This document shows positions 16,966 through 25,507 of a stretch of 32,000 nt of DNA, piece by piece; positions within the stretch are counted from its first letter, which is position 1; each line of letters begins with the position of its first letter. This DNA comes from an uncultured Erysipelotrichaceae bacterium (GTDB taxonomy: Bacteria; Bacillota_I; Bacilli_A; Erysipelotrichales; Erysipelotrichaceae). The position numbers and the translations under genes are program-made. The notes under the pieces were generated by a model. It did no database searches. It was not told the origin of the DNA and saw only the letters and a list, made by a program, of their open reading frames with translations. Location: NCBI GenBank assembly GCA_942492995.1, contig OW818653.1, forward strand, positions 660,001-692,000, written 5' to 3'.

Positions 16966-19958
16966 AAAAACTTAAAATACTAAAAGCATTTAAAAAGAAA
17001 CCGAATGATCCGACGAATAAAAAAACAAGAAAACCACTTAAAGATAAGTTAGCAACAATTGTATCTGTATTACTCGTATTAGCAATTTTAGGAAGTACGA
17101 GCGGTATCGCATATATTGCGGTTGTAATAAGTGGAGCACCTACCTTAAATAGTAGTGATTTTGTTGCTTCAGATAGTTCAAAATTATTTGATTCTGAAGG
17201 AAATATTATTACTGATGTTGGTTATCAGATTAGAGAAAATGTTAGTTATGATGATATGCCACAAGTACTTATTGATGCTTTTGTCGCAATCGAAGATTCA
17301 CGTTTCTTTGAACATAATGGATTTGATATTCCTCGTTTCACAAAAGCAATGTTTGAGAACGTATTATCAATGAGTTTCTCTCAAGGTGGTTCAACATTTA
17401 CCATGCAGCTTGTCAAAGGTACTTATTTTGAGACCGAAGAAGCAACTGCAGTACGAAGTGGATTAGCGGGTGTTAATCGTAAAATTAAAGAGATTTATGT
17501 AGCTCTTCAAGCTGAGAAAGTATTAAGTAAGAAAAGAATACTTGAACTATATTTGAATCGTATAAACTTTGGAGTACCGGGCAATAAGCGTGGCATTCAA
17601 ACTGCTGCACAATACTACTTTGGCAAAGATGTACAAGACATTACACTTGTTGAAGCAGCGATGTTAGCTGGTGTTATAAATGCACCAAATGCGTATAATC
17701 CGATTAACAATTTAGAATTAAGTCAAAAACGTATAAATACTGTATTAGATTTAATGGAACGTCATGGTTATATCAGTAAAGTTGAGTTAGATTTAGCTAA
17801 GTCAGTTAAAATCGAAAATCTTTTAGTTGGTAATACAAACGCTAGTTCTAGTAGCTTCCCATATCAAGCATTTGTCGATGCCGCAATCGCAGAAGTAAAA
17901 GAACTTACTGGATTAGATCCAGTTGATATTCCAATGCGTATCTATACTACGATGGATCGCGATACTCAAGAAACCATTGAGAAAATTCAAAATGGTGAAA
18001 TAACAAATGTTGCTTTCCCTAACGAAATTATTCAAACGGCAATGATCACAATGAATAATTCAACGGGTGAGATATTAGGTATTGGTGGAGGTCGTTTCTA
18101 TAATGGTGAACGTTTATTAAATCGAGCAATTGATATGAAACGTCAACCTGGATCTTCAGTAAAAACATTCTTAACTTACCCTCTTGCATTTGAACATCTT
18201 GGATGGTCAACGCAACATATGTTAGAAGATAAACCAATTCAATATGCTGGGTTAGATGTTATTGTTAAAAACTTTGATGGTAATTATCGTGGTGATATAT
18301 TAGTCCCTGCCGCAATTGGTAACTCATTAAATATTCCTGCAATACAAACATTACAAGCAGTTGTTGATACAGTAGGTTCTAAAAAAGTTGTTAGTTACTT
18401 AAATAGTATTGGATTCACAGATGTTACAAATGAGAAATTTGACATTGGTTATGCAATTGGTGGTTCAAGTTTCGAAGCATCACCACTTCAACTAGCTGGT
18501 GCTCAATCAAGTATTATCAATGGCGGTAATTACATACAACCTCACACAGTCACAAGAATTGAGTTCTTAGACGGTAAAGAGCCAATTACTCCTACTTATA
18601 CCTCTACAGCTACACTATCAGCTGAAGCAGCTTATATGGCTTCTAGCATGATGGAACAAAACGTTCAGGGTCCTTATTTTAATTTCATGCAGATCTTGAA
18701 ACGTAATTTCTCAGTATATGCAAAAACAGGTACATCGGATTGGGGAAATACCGGCGTTGAATATGGTATTCCTGCAGGTGCTGCAAAAGATAAATGGATG
18801 TTAAGTTCGACAAGTGAATACACTACAGCCGTTTGGGTTGGATATGATAAAGCTGTTAAAGATCAAGTATCTTACTTAAATCAATCACAGATAAACTTAA
18901 ACTTACCAGGTAAGATAAGTAATGAAATCTTGAACTCACTCTATAAAGATAAAGCAAGTCCAGCAAGTATCGTCCGTCCAAAAGATGTAATAAATGTAAC
19001 GCATGTTATAGGCATATATCCGTATGTTTCTCCAAATTCCAGTACAAACCCTAATTTAATTGTTACTGGATTAATTAAGTCAGAATATGCAAATCTTGGT
19101 AGTTTAGCTAATCCAACTATTTTATCTCCTTCATCATTTAATCGAACCGTTACAAGTAATGGAAATAATCGATCCTATACCTTTACACTTAATGCTTATC
19201 CAGATGCGAACGCATTGATTGTAGCTCCTAACACAAAAGATTATTACTTAGAAGTTGCGGGTAAAGTTGTACAAGGTACAGGACAGAGATTATTTGATTA
19301 TTCATGGTTATATGGTCCAATTGTATATAAAGTAAAAATTAATGTAGATGGAACTGAATACAAGATTAAATCAAGTTCCGCTACTCTTACGACAACAGTT
19401 AATGCAAATCCTACTTCTACCGTTACTGTATGTGGTTATTATGGTTATGATTTTGTAGAAGTAAACAGTACAGAAATTTGTAAAACAGATAAGATGAATG
19501 AAATGTTCTTAACTATCCCGACATTTGTTGGAGAACCCGTAAGTACATTAAATACATGGATTAGTGCTAATTCATTAACTGCATCTAAATTTCCAATTGT
19601 TGAAGAAGAAGCAAGCGATAGTAGCCAAATTAACTTAGTAGGAAAGATTGCTAGAATCTCACCTGATGTGCAAAATACAAGTATTGAGATTGTAAATAAA
19701 GAAACTCTAACATTTACAGTTACAGTGATAAAAGAAAAAGTGATTAACTTAGCCGATTATATTGGTAAAACACCAAGTACATTACCAGCTGAATGTGGTA
19801 AGTATAGTGGTTTATGTTCAGCACATAGTACCAGTGCAACAACTGGCGAAATAACCAAAATATTTATTGGAAGTACAGAATATACGAGTGGAAATGTAAA
19901 TTTAAGCCAGCTTTACTCTGATGGCATTAAGTATTACATTCCAACAGCTACACCATAA
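16962..19958 (+). CDS. ponA: Class A penicillin-binding protein (PBP1A/PonA) with a long C-terminal extension
   Basis: TM anchor. Glycosyltransferase motifs EDSRFFEHNGFD, GGSTFTMQL and RKIKE. Transpeptidase motifs SSVK, SLN and KTGTS. About 330 extra C-terminal residues. Confidence 0.93.
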   Translation: MKKLKILKAFKKKPNDPTNKKTRKPLKDKLATIVSVLLVLAILGSTSGIAYIAVVISGAPTLNSSDFVASDSSKLFDSEGNIITDVGYQIRENVSYDDMPQVLIDAFVAIEDSRFFEHNGFDIPRFTKAMFENVLSMSFSQGGSTFTMQLVKGTYFETEEATAVRSGLAGVNRKIKEIYVALQAEKVLSKKRILELYLNRINFGVPGNKRGIQTAAQYYFGKDVQDITLVEAAMLAGVINAPNAYNPINNLELSQKRINTVLDLMERHGYISKVELDLAKSVKIENLLVGNTNASSSSFPYQAFVDAAIAEVKELTGLDPVDIPMRIYTTMDRDTQETIEKIQNGEITNVAFPNEIIQTAMITMNNSTGEILGIGGGRFYNGERLLNRAIDMKRQPGSSVKTFLTYPLAFEHLGWSTQHMLEDKPIQYAGLDVIVKNFDGNYRGDILVPAAIGNSLNIPAIQTLQAVVDTVGSKKVVSYLNSIGFTDVTNEKFDIGYAIGGSSFEASPLQLAGAQSSIINGGNYIQPHTVTRIEFLDGKEPITPTYTSTATLSAEAAYMASSMMEQNVQGPYFNFMQILKRNFSVYAKTGTSDWGNTGVEYGIPAGAAKDKWMLSSTSEYTTAVWVGYDKAVKDQVSYLNQSQINLNLPGKISNEILNSLYKDKASPASIVRPKDVINVTHVIGIYPYVSPNSSTNPNLIVTGLIKSEYANLGSLANPTILSPSSFNRTVTSNGNNRSYTFTLNAYPDANALIVAPNTKDYYLEVAGKVVQGTGQRLFDYSWLYGPIVYKVKINVDGTEYKIKSSSATLTTTVNANPTSTVTVCGYYGYDFVEVNSTEICKTDKMNEMFLTIPTFVGEPVSTLNTWISANSLTASKFPIVEEEASDSSQINLVGKIARISPDVQNTSIEIVNKETLTFTVTVIKEKVINLADYIGKTPSTLPAECGKYSGLCSAHSTSATTGEITKIFIGSTEYTSGNVNLSQLYSDGIKYYIPTATP

Positions 19959-19961
19959 AAG

Positions 19962-19996
19962 AAAAGTAGAATCAAGCAATTGGTTCTACTTTTTTA
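19962..19996. terminator. Bidirectional rho-independent terminator shared by ponA and nth
   Basis: AAAAGTAGAATCAA-GCAA-TTGGTTCTACTTTT forms a 14-bp stem with one G.U pair and a GNRA-type loop. T-runs follow on both strands. The nth TGA stop (19972..19974) lies inside the stem. Confidence 0.75.
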
Positions 19997-20613
19997 TAAT
20001 ATCGACATATGTCTGATAATGGACAAATACTACATTTAGGATTACGTGCTAAACAATGATAACGACCAAAGAATAAGAGTGAGTGATGTGAAACAATCCA
20101 TTCTTCTTTAGGTATTTTTCGTTTCAATTGTAATTCTGTTTGTAATACATTTGCTTTAGCTGTAACTAACCCAAGTCTATGACTTACCCTATCTACATGC
20201 GTATCTACCGCAAGAGCTGGTATATTAAATCCTACTCCAAGGACTACATTAGCTGTTTTCCTTCCAATTCCTGCTAGATTACGTAATTCATTTTCATTAT
20301 TTGGTAATTTTCCATTATGTCGTTCAAGTAATTGTTGAGCAAATAACTTAATGTTCTTTGCCTTATTACGATACAAACCAATCGAGTGTATACAATCCAT
20401 GATATCTTCTTCATTCCCATTCGCAAGATCTTCAATTGTTTTGTATTTTTCAAATAATCTAGGTGTAACTTTATTAACGGATATATCAGTCGTTTGTGCA
20501 CTTAAAATAACAGATATCGCAAGCTGTTCGTTTGTAGAAAAATCTAATTCACATGTTGCGTCTGGATACATTTGATAAAGTGTATCTAAGATACGTCTTA
20601 CTTTATCCGTCAT
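19972..20613 (-). CDS. nth: Endonuclease III
   Basis: HhH-GPD motif LAGIGRKTANVVL, catalytic VDTHV, and the C-terminal Fe-S cluster motif CLARNPKCSICPLSDIC. Confidence 0.95.
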   Translation of the reverse strand: MTDKVRRILDTLYQMYPDATCELDFSTNEQLAISVILSAQTTDISVNKVTPRLFEKYKTIEDLANGNEEDIMDCIHSIGLYRNKAKNIKLFAQQLLERHNGKLPNNENELRNLAGIGRKTANVVLGVGFNIPALAVDTHVDRVSHRLGLVTAKANVLQTELQLKRKIPKEEWIVSHHSLLFFGRYHCLARNPKCSICPLSDICRYYKKVEPIA

Positions 20614-21148
20614 TTCTCTTTCCAGAATTTAATTGTTCCAATGTAACATTCTGTTTTACCCATTGCATTAAAATACGATCAATGTAATTGAAGTTTAATT
20701 TACGATATATAACTGCTTCTCTTAACGCATGAATTAAAAAAGCATATTCAACTTGGGTTAACCAATAATTAAGCTTATCCAATTCCGATGCACTTAATGG
20801 TCTCTTAAACTCATTCTCATAAATTTCTACAATATTATTTGCGCTTTCATCTTGTTTTAAATGTGTTTGTTGGTAGAGAGATTCTGTATTATAAATTACT
20901 TTATCTTGAACCATTTCAATTTTTAAGTAACCTTTTTGTATTAATTGCGTTAACGATTGATCAATCTCTGTTTGATTTGAATGGCAAACATAAGCCAATT
21001 GATTTAAATCGATGGGTAAATCAAACATATTGAAATGTTCTATGTTTAAAAGAACAAGTGTTTCTATTGGTTTTATGTCTAAGCGATAATTCTCTTCTAA
21101 TATCCAACTCTTACGATCAAAATATCGTTTATCCCATAATTTGTTCAT
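20603..21148 (-). CDS. dnaD: Replication initiation / membrane attachment protein DnaD
   Basis: C-terminal DnaD-type domain (YENEFKRPLSASELDKLNYWL...YIDRILMQW). Located upstream of nth, as in B. subtilis. Confidence 0.82.
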   Translation of the reverse strand: MNKLWDKRYFDRKSWILEENYRLDIKPIETLVLLNIEHFNMFDLPIDLNQLAYVCHSNQTEIDQSLTQLIQKGYLKIEMVQDKVIYNTESLYQQTHLKQDESANNIVEIYENEFKRPLSASELDKLNYWLTQVEYAFLIHALREAVIYRKLNFNYIDRILMQWVKQNVTLEQLNSGKRNDG

Positions 21149-21613
21149 TTAAAATCTCACTTTCATCAATACTTCATGATTTTCATATCCAATAACATAC
21201 TCATACGTATCAGATTTAACCATATACGCAACTTGATCTTCATAATATACAATACTAAAATCAGAATTATGTAAATCATATTTCTCGATAATAATAGAAT
21301 AGTCCATTAATTCTTTATCTTGATTAACTAATACCTGTTTATAGATAATACCATTCTTATCTAAAAAGAAATAATAATTCTTCTCTTTAATTTTACAGTT
21401 TGTCACAAACATTTCTTTATCAATATAGAACGATTCAAAGTTAATACATGATTCTATTTCAAATCGTGCATACAACTTGCTTAGTACTGTATCATTGCGT
21501 AATGACACTTGATTTACAGGTCCCATAACAAATGCCGCAACTAAAATAATTGTTAAAATAAGACAAATAAAAATCAGATTTAATGTTGGTAAACGCTCTT
21601 GCCATTGTTTCAT
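21149..21613 (-). CDS. Membrane-anchored PepSY-like protein, YpmB/TseB-like
   Basis: One N-terminal TM helix. NYYFFLDKNGIIYKQV and a C-terminal YEYVIGYENHEVL beta-strand pattern resemble B. subtilis YpmB as I recall it. The position upstream of dnaD is syntenic. Confidence 0.5.
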   Translation of the reverse strand: MKQWQERLPTLNLIFICLILTIILVAAFVMGPVNQVSLRNDTVLSKLYARFEIESCINFESFYIDKEMFVTNCKIKEKNYYFFLDKNGIIYKQVLVNQDKELMDYSIIIEKYDLHNSDFSIVYYEDQVAYMVKSDTYEYVIGYENHEVLMKVRF

Positions 21614-21619
21614 GTTTTT

Positions 21620-21648
21620 ATTATACCAAACTTAAACGAGTTTGATTA
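21620..21648 (-). promoter_or_regulatory. Extended -10 promoter (TGgTATAAT) ending 6 nt before the ATG of the TseB-like gene
   Basis: Minus strand reads tTGgTATAATaaaaacATG, with no SD sequence. The weak -35 (TAATCA) overlaps the -35 of the divergent promoter. Confidence 0.5.
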
Positions 21649-21670
21649 AATGCTTATCTCATGTTAAACT
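21642..21670 (+). promoter_or_regulatory. Putative promoter of the 167-aa gene (-35 TTGATT, 17 nt, -10 TAAACT)
   Basis: Plus strand reads TTGATTaaatgcttatctcatgtTAAACT. The -10 ends 16 nt before the ATG at 21687, which predicts a leader of only about 10 nt. No SD sequence is visible. Confidence 0.45.
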
Positions 21671-21686
21671 TTGATTCGTACAAATT

Positions 21687-22190
21687 ATGAAAAATCTCGT
21701 CAAACTTTCCATTTTAGCTTTAATATTAATAATTGTAGCAAGCACAGTTCTATTTTATTATTTCATGCCAACTGAACAAGAATTGGATATATTTAATAAT
21801 TTAAATGAACAAAAACTAGAATATTCAGAGTTAAATAACCATTTAAATGAAAATATTCAAGCTTATTTCTTCTGTCAAGAAACAAACCAGAACTGTATTT
21901 ATACACAAAATGAAATTATTAAACCTCTTATCTTAAGCGCTAGTGCTATTCGATTTGAAAGAATATTTTATGTTAATTCGAATGAACTTGATGAAAATGT
22001 ATTACCATCCGCAATTAAGAGTCGATTAGGGTTTGCACACTTTCCTGCTTTTGTCACATTATCAAAAGTAAACGATAAGGTTATTGTTCATTCTGTATTA
22101 GAATGGAATGATGATATGAACTTTACGAAAGCTGATTTACAAGATTGGATGATACAAAACGAATTATGGTTAGATGAATATACGGATTAG
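21687..22190 (+). CDS. Membrane-anchored hypothetical protein, possibly thioredoxin-fold with a degenerate CxxC
   Basis: N-terminal TM helix. AYFFCQETNQNCIY sits where FGRPTCPYC-type motifs occur, and HFPAFVTL resembles the cis-Pro loop. The functional assignment is tentative. Confidence 0.4.
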   Translation: MKNLVKLSILALILIIVASTVLFYYFMPTEQELDIFNNLNEQKLEYSELNNHLNENIQAYFFCQETNQNCIYTQNEIIKPLILSASAIRFERIFYVNSNELDENVLPSAIKSRLGFAHFPAFVTLSKVNDKVIVHSVLEWNDDMNFTKADLQDWMIQNELWLDEYTD

Positions 22191-22780
22191 TTCTTATTAA
22201 TTGAATCAATTCCACTTTCCCTTCTAATGTGGGTTGATAAGTAATAGGCAAACCCAATTACGATTAAACTCAAAAGAATATAAATAGGATTTTCTTGAAT
22301 TTGACCAATCGAATGTCCAAATAGACTTAATGTCGCAATCATAATGAATTTACCTAAGGCAATACTTATCACGAATTGTCTTTTTTTATAGCCTGATAAA
22401 CCAAAACTCATATTAACAAAAGCACTAGGTGTGAATGCTAAACAACTAATTAAGAATAGAAAAATTGGAGCTTGTTTTTCGACCCAATTTAAAATATGCC
22501 GTAATCGTTGACCATGATAGAATCGATCAAGAAATCTTGGTTTGATGATTGCTCGAAAAAACAGAAATACAAGTATAGAGCCAATGATATTTCCAAGATA
22601 GGAATATATAAATCCAAGTAACAATCCATGTGCATTTGTATTAATTGCGACAATCGCAATAAGTGGTAAGGCTGGAATAAACGATTCTAACATCGCAAAA
22701 AAAATCGGTATAAAGATGCCTAATTCTTTATACTGATTTAACAAATTAATCCATGTATCTAAATTAAATAATTGGTCCAT
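22187..22780 (-). CDS. DedA / TVP38-TMEM64 family membrane protein
   Basis: 197-aa polytopic protein with the family-typical segment FIPALPLIAIV...GFIYSYLGNIIGSILVFLFFR. TAATG overlap with mtnN. Confidence 0.8.
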   Translation of the reverse strand: MDQLFNLDTWINLLNQYKELGIFIPIFFAMLESFIPALPLIAIVAINTNAHGLLLGFIYSYLGNIIGSILVFLFFRAIIKPRFLDRFYHGQRLRHILNWVEKQAPIFLFLISCLAFTPSAFVNMSFGLSGYKKRQFVISIALGKFIMIATLSLFGHSIGQIQENPIYILLSLIVIGFAYYLSTHIRRESGIDSINKN

Positions 22781-23463
22781 TATATTAGTGCAACAAAATC
22801 AAAACAGAATTGAGCACTTCTTTCACTTGCTTTAATTAAATATTCATCAAATGTCATATTATTCTTAGGATTACGTACTAAATCAGAGATCGAACGTATC
22901 ACAATAAATGGGCAGTTAAAGCTTGAGGAAACATGTGCTATTGCGGCACCTTCCATCTCAGCCGCAAGTGCATCTGGAAAGAGTTTATCGATTAAGTTAA
23001 TTTGTTCATCTGAATGAATAAATTGATTACCAGAAACCATTGGTCCTATCCATACTGGATGATTTTGTTGGAGTGATTTAAAAGCTCTGATATATGTTTC
23101 GTTTGAACTAAATACATAACGATTATTTTCTGAAAAATCACGTGTATTCCCAAATGGTGTAATATCAAAATCGTGATATGTAATCTTATCACTAACCACA
23201 ATATCTAAAACATTTTGGAAGTCTTTTAATCCACCAGCAGTGCCAATATTGATTACACCTTGTATTGCATAATGACTTAAACAAATACTTGTACTCATCG
23301 CTGCCATACTTAATCCAATACCACTTTTAAATAATACAATCTCTTTATTGTTTAATGTACCAAGGTTAAATTCAATTGGTCCAATTGTTTCTTTCTTAAT
23401 ATTTTGCATTAATGCTTTAAGTGCATTTACTTCTTCATCCATTGCGCCAATAATTGCTAACAT
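22780..23463 (-). CDS. mtnN: 5'-methylthioadenosine/S-adenosylhomocysteine nucleosidase (start moved to the ATG at 23463)
   Basis: MLAIIGAMDEEV N-terminus, GTAGGL and AEMEGAAIAHV motifs. The track start at 23520 is a GTG inside yqeM. Confidence 0.92.
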   Translation of the reverse strand: MLAIIGAMDEEVNALKALMQNIKKETIGPIEFNLGTLNNKEIVLFKSGIGLSMAAMSTSICLSHYAIQGVINIGTAGGLKDFQNVLDIVVSDKITYHDFDITPFGNTRDFSENNRYVFSSNETYIRAFKSLQQNHPVWIGPMVSGNQFIHSDEQINLIDKLFPDALAAEMEGAAIAHVSSSFNCPFIVIRSISDLVRNPKNNMTFDEYLIKASERSAQFCFDFVALI

Positions 23464-23464
23464 A

Positions 23465-24163
23465 TTACACCTTTCTAGCTCGATAGTAGAGTTTTTCATC
23501 AAACACGAATTCAGTATCACTTAAATCAGAAACACGTTCATACGCAAAGGAAAGACTATCTAATAAAGAATCTATATCATCTGGATTAAAAACTGTTTGT
23601 TCAACATGATTTACAACCATTTGATCATCTTCATAGAACACAATATTATGATGAATCTTATTATCATCAATCGTCTGAATCGACCATTGATAAAACGTAC
23701 CTAATAATTCACCTTCTTCAACATATTCATCTCTAAACTCTTCTAAACGATTTGGATGATGAATATCAAATAACAGTATTCCATTATGATTCAAATGTTC
23801 ATACGCTTCAGATAAGAATTTCTTAAACTCAACTAAATCTAAACAGTAATTAAGACTATCTAAGAATATAATAATTGAATCATATTTTCCTAAATTAGAT
23901 AAATCAAACATAGTTTGACAATAATAATTAATATTCGGTAATTTATTATTTAAGTTCGCATATTCAATCATCGACTCATCTAAATCTAATGCATCAACTT
24001 CATATCCATTCATTCCTAATCGATAACTTAAATGACCAGGTCCACAAGCACATTCTAAAATACGATTCCCTTTTGTTTCACGAATCACCCAGTTTTGATA
24101 ATGAATATAAGCTTGTTCATCATAAACAAGCTCATGATAATATTCCGCAAACGTATGTCTCAT
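23465..24163 (-). CDS. Class I SAM-dependent methyltransferase, YqeM-like
   Basis: Motif I ILECACGPGHLS. Located after rsfS, as yqeM is in B. subtilis. Confidence 0.82.
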   Translation of the reverse strand: MRHTFAEYYHELVYDEQAYIHYQNWVIRETKGNRILECACGPGHLSYRLGMNGYEVDALDLDESMIEYANLNNKLPNINYYCQTMFDLSNLGKYDSIIIFLDSLNYCLDLVEFKKFLSEAYEHLNHNGILLFDIHHPNRLEEFRDEYVEEGELLGTFYQWSIQTIDDNKIHHNIVFYEDDQMVVNHVEQTVFNPDDIDSLLDSLSFAYERVSDLSDTEFVFDEKLYYRARKV

Positions 24164-24486
24164 AGTTTAATAATTTTGTCCAACCATAAATCTTCTAAAC
24201 GATAGAATTGTCTTGATTGCGTTAAAAACAAATGAACACAAATACTTCCAAAATCGATTAAAATCCAATCACTGTTCGCATCACCTTCAACATGATGAAC
24301 ACGTAAATCAATTGATTTTGCGAAATCAACACAATAATCTTTTAGTGCATTTAATAATCGTGTATTTCCAGCCTCAGCGACAATCGCATAAGACATCATT
24401 GAACTTGTACCTGTTAAATCTAATACTTTAATATTTTCTGCCTTTTTATCATCTAAATAACTTACTATTTTTCTTACGTTATCCAA
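24160..24486 (-). CDS. rsfS: Ribosomal silencing factor RsfS (probable TTG start at 24486)
   Basis: RsfS/YbeB-like core (ENIKVLDL...SYAIVAEAGNTRLLNAL). AAGGAG lies 6 nt upstream of the TTG at 24486. The track start at 24507 is also a TTG, but it sits within that SD sequence. Confidence 0.86.
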   Translation of the reverse strand: MDNVRKIVSYLDDKKAENIKVLDLTGTSSMMSYAIVAEAGNTRLLNALKDYCVDFAKSIDLRVHHVEGDANSDWILIDFGSICVHLFLTQSRQFYRLEDLWLDKIIKL

Positions 24487-25507
24487 TCTGGACTCCTTCT
24501 TTCTCAAGCCATTTAACTTGAGTCTTTTTAACTAATTCATATGCTTTATTTAAATCTGTCATCGCAAGATTAATGTAAATTGAACTATCGTAGTTGCGTG
24601 TTCTTTCACATTTATCTGCGATGTATACAATTTTAGAAATTGGATCATTTGAACCATTCACATGATGCGCTATCGCATTAATAATTGTTTTATCTTTTAT
24701 TTGTAAATAGCGTCGAGCGTAAGCAGCTCCACATTTTTGGTGCCACAGTGCTTCGTTCATACCTAAATACTTAGGTTCAACAAACTTTAACCATGCCCTT
24801 GATTTCACTGTGTTCCATTCTTTTGCACAATCATGAAATAATGAGGCAATATATACTTGATGTAAATCTACATCATGCGAACTTCCTATGGATAAAGCTA
24901 ATTCACAAACACTTTTTACATGGTTAAAACGTTTTTGACTTATCATAGACGCTGAAATACTCTCAACGTATAATTCATTCTCCATCATATATTGAACAAT
25001 ATGAGGATGTGTTAAATGTACTTGTCCATCGCGAATCTTTTGACTAGCGTTATCAAATAATTCATCTATTTCTATCTCAATAAATCGTTTATCTACTTTA
25101 TCTTTGACATCTCTTCGATATACCGCAAATTTAATTCTTTCAAGTAATTCTTCATACTTATACCATTTATCAAATTGATTCGCTTGATCAGAACCCATTA
25201 ACCAAATAAATTCAATATCTTTATACTTTTTTATCAACCGATCGACAGTATTATACGTATAACTAATCTCATCTAATTCAGCTTCAACTCTTGATAGTTT
25301 CAACTTACGATATGGTTTAATTAAAATTTCAATCATCGCACAACGATGTTCAAAATCAGCTAATTCAATTTCTTTGAGTGGACTCTTTAAACTTGGGATA
25401 AACCATAATTCTGACGCATTTAAATACTTTAAACTATTTAAAGCAAGTTTTAAATGTCCTAAATGTGGTGGATTAAAGCTACCGCCAAAAAGAATTACTT
25501 TCATCAT
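24479..25507 (-). CDS. nadD: Fused nicotinate-nucleotide adenylyltransferase (NadD) and YqeK-type HD phosphohydrolase
   Basis: The N-terminal half has GGSFNPPHLGHL and NASQKIR. The C-terminal half has RFNHVKSV...LFHDCAKE...HHVNGS...YIADKCE. It is one uninterrupted 342-codon frame. Confidence 0.88.
   Translation of the reverse strand: MMKVILFGGSFNPPHLGHLKLALNSLKYLNASELWFIPSLKSPLKEIELADFEHRCAMIEILIKPYRKLKLSRVEAELDEISYTYNTVDRLIKKYKDIEFIWLMGSDQANQFDKWYKYEELLERIKFAVYRRDVKDKVDKRFIEIEIDELFDNASQKIRDGQVHLTHPHIVQYMMENELYVESISASMISQKRFNHVKSVCELALSIGSSHDVDLHQVYIASLFHDCAKEWNTVKSRAWLKFVEPKYLGMNEALWHQKCGAAYARRYLQIKDKTIINAIAHHVNGSNDPISKIVYIADKCERTRNYDSSIYINLAMTDLNKAYELVKKTQVKWLEKEGVQIG

Noticed and set aside
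21149-22780. The three small membrane-protein genes (TseB-like, thioredoxin-like, DedA) as a possible accessory island or novel envelope system
   Set aside because: The TseB/YpmB-like gene is in its conserved position next to dnaD-nth. The DedA-family gene is translationally coupled to the yqe operon. Composition matches the surroundings, and there are no mobility or defence hallmarks. Only the individual oddities are reported.
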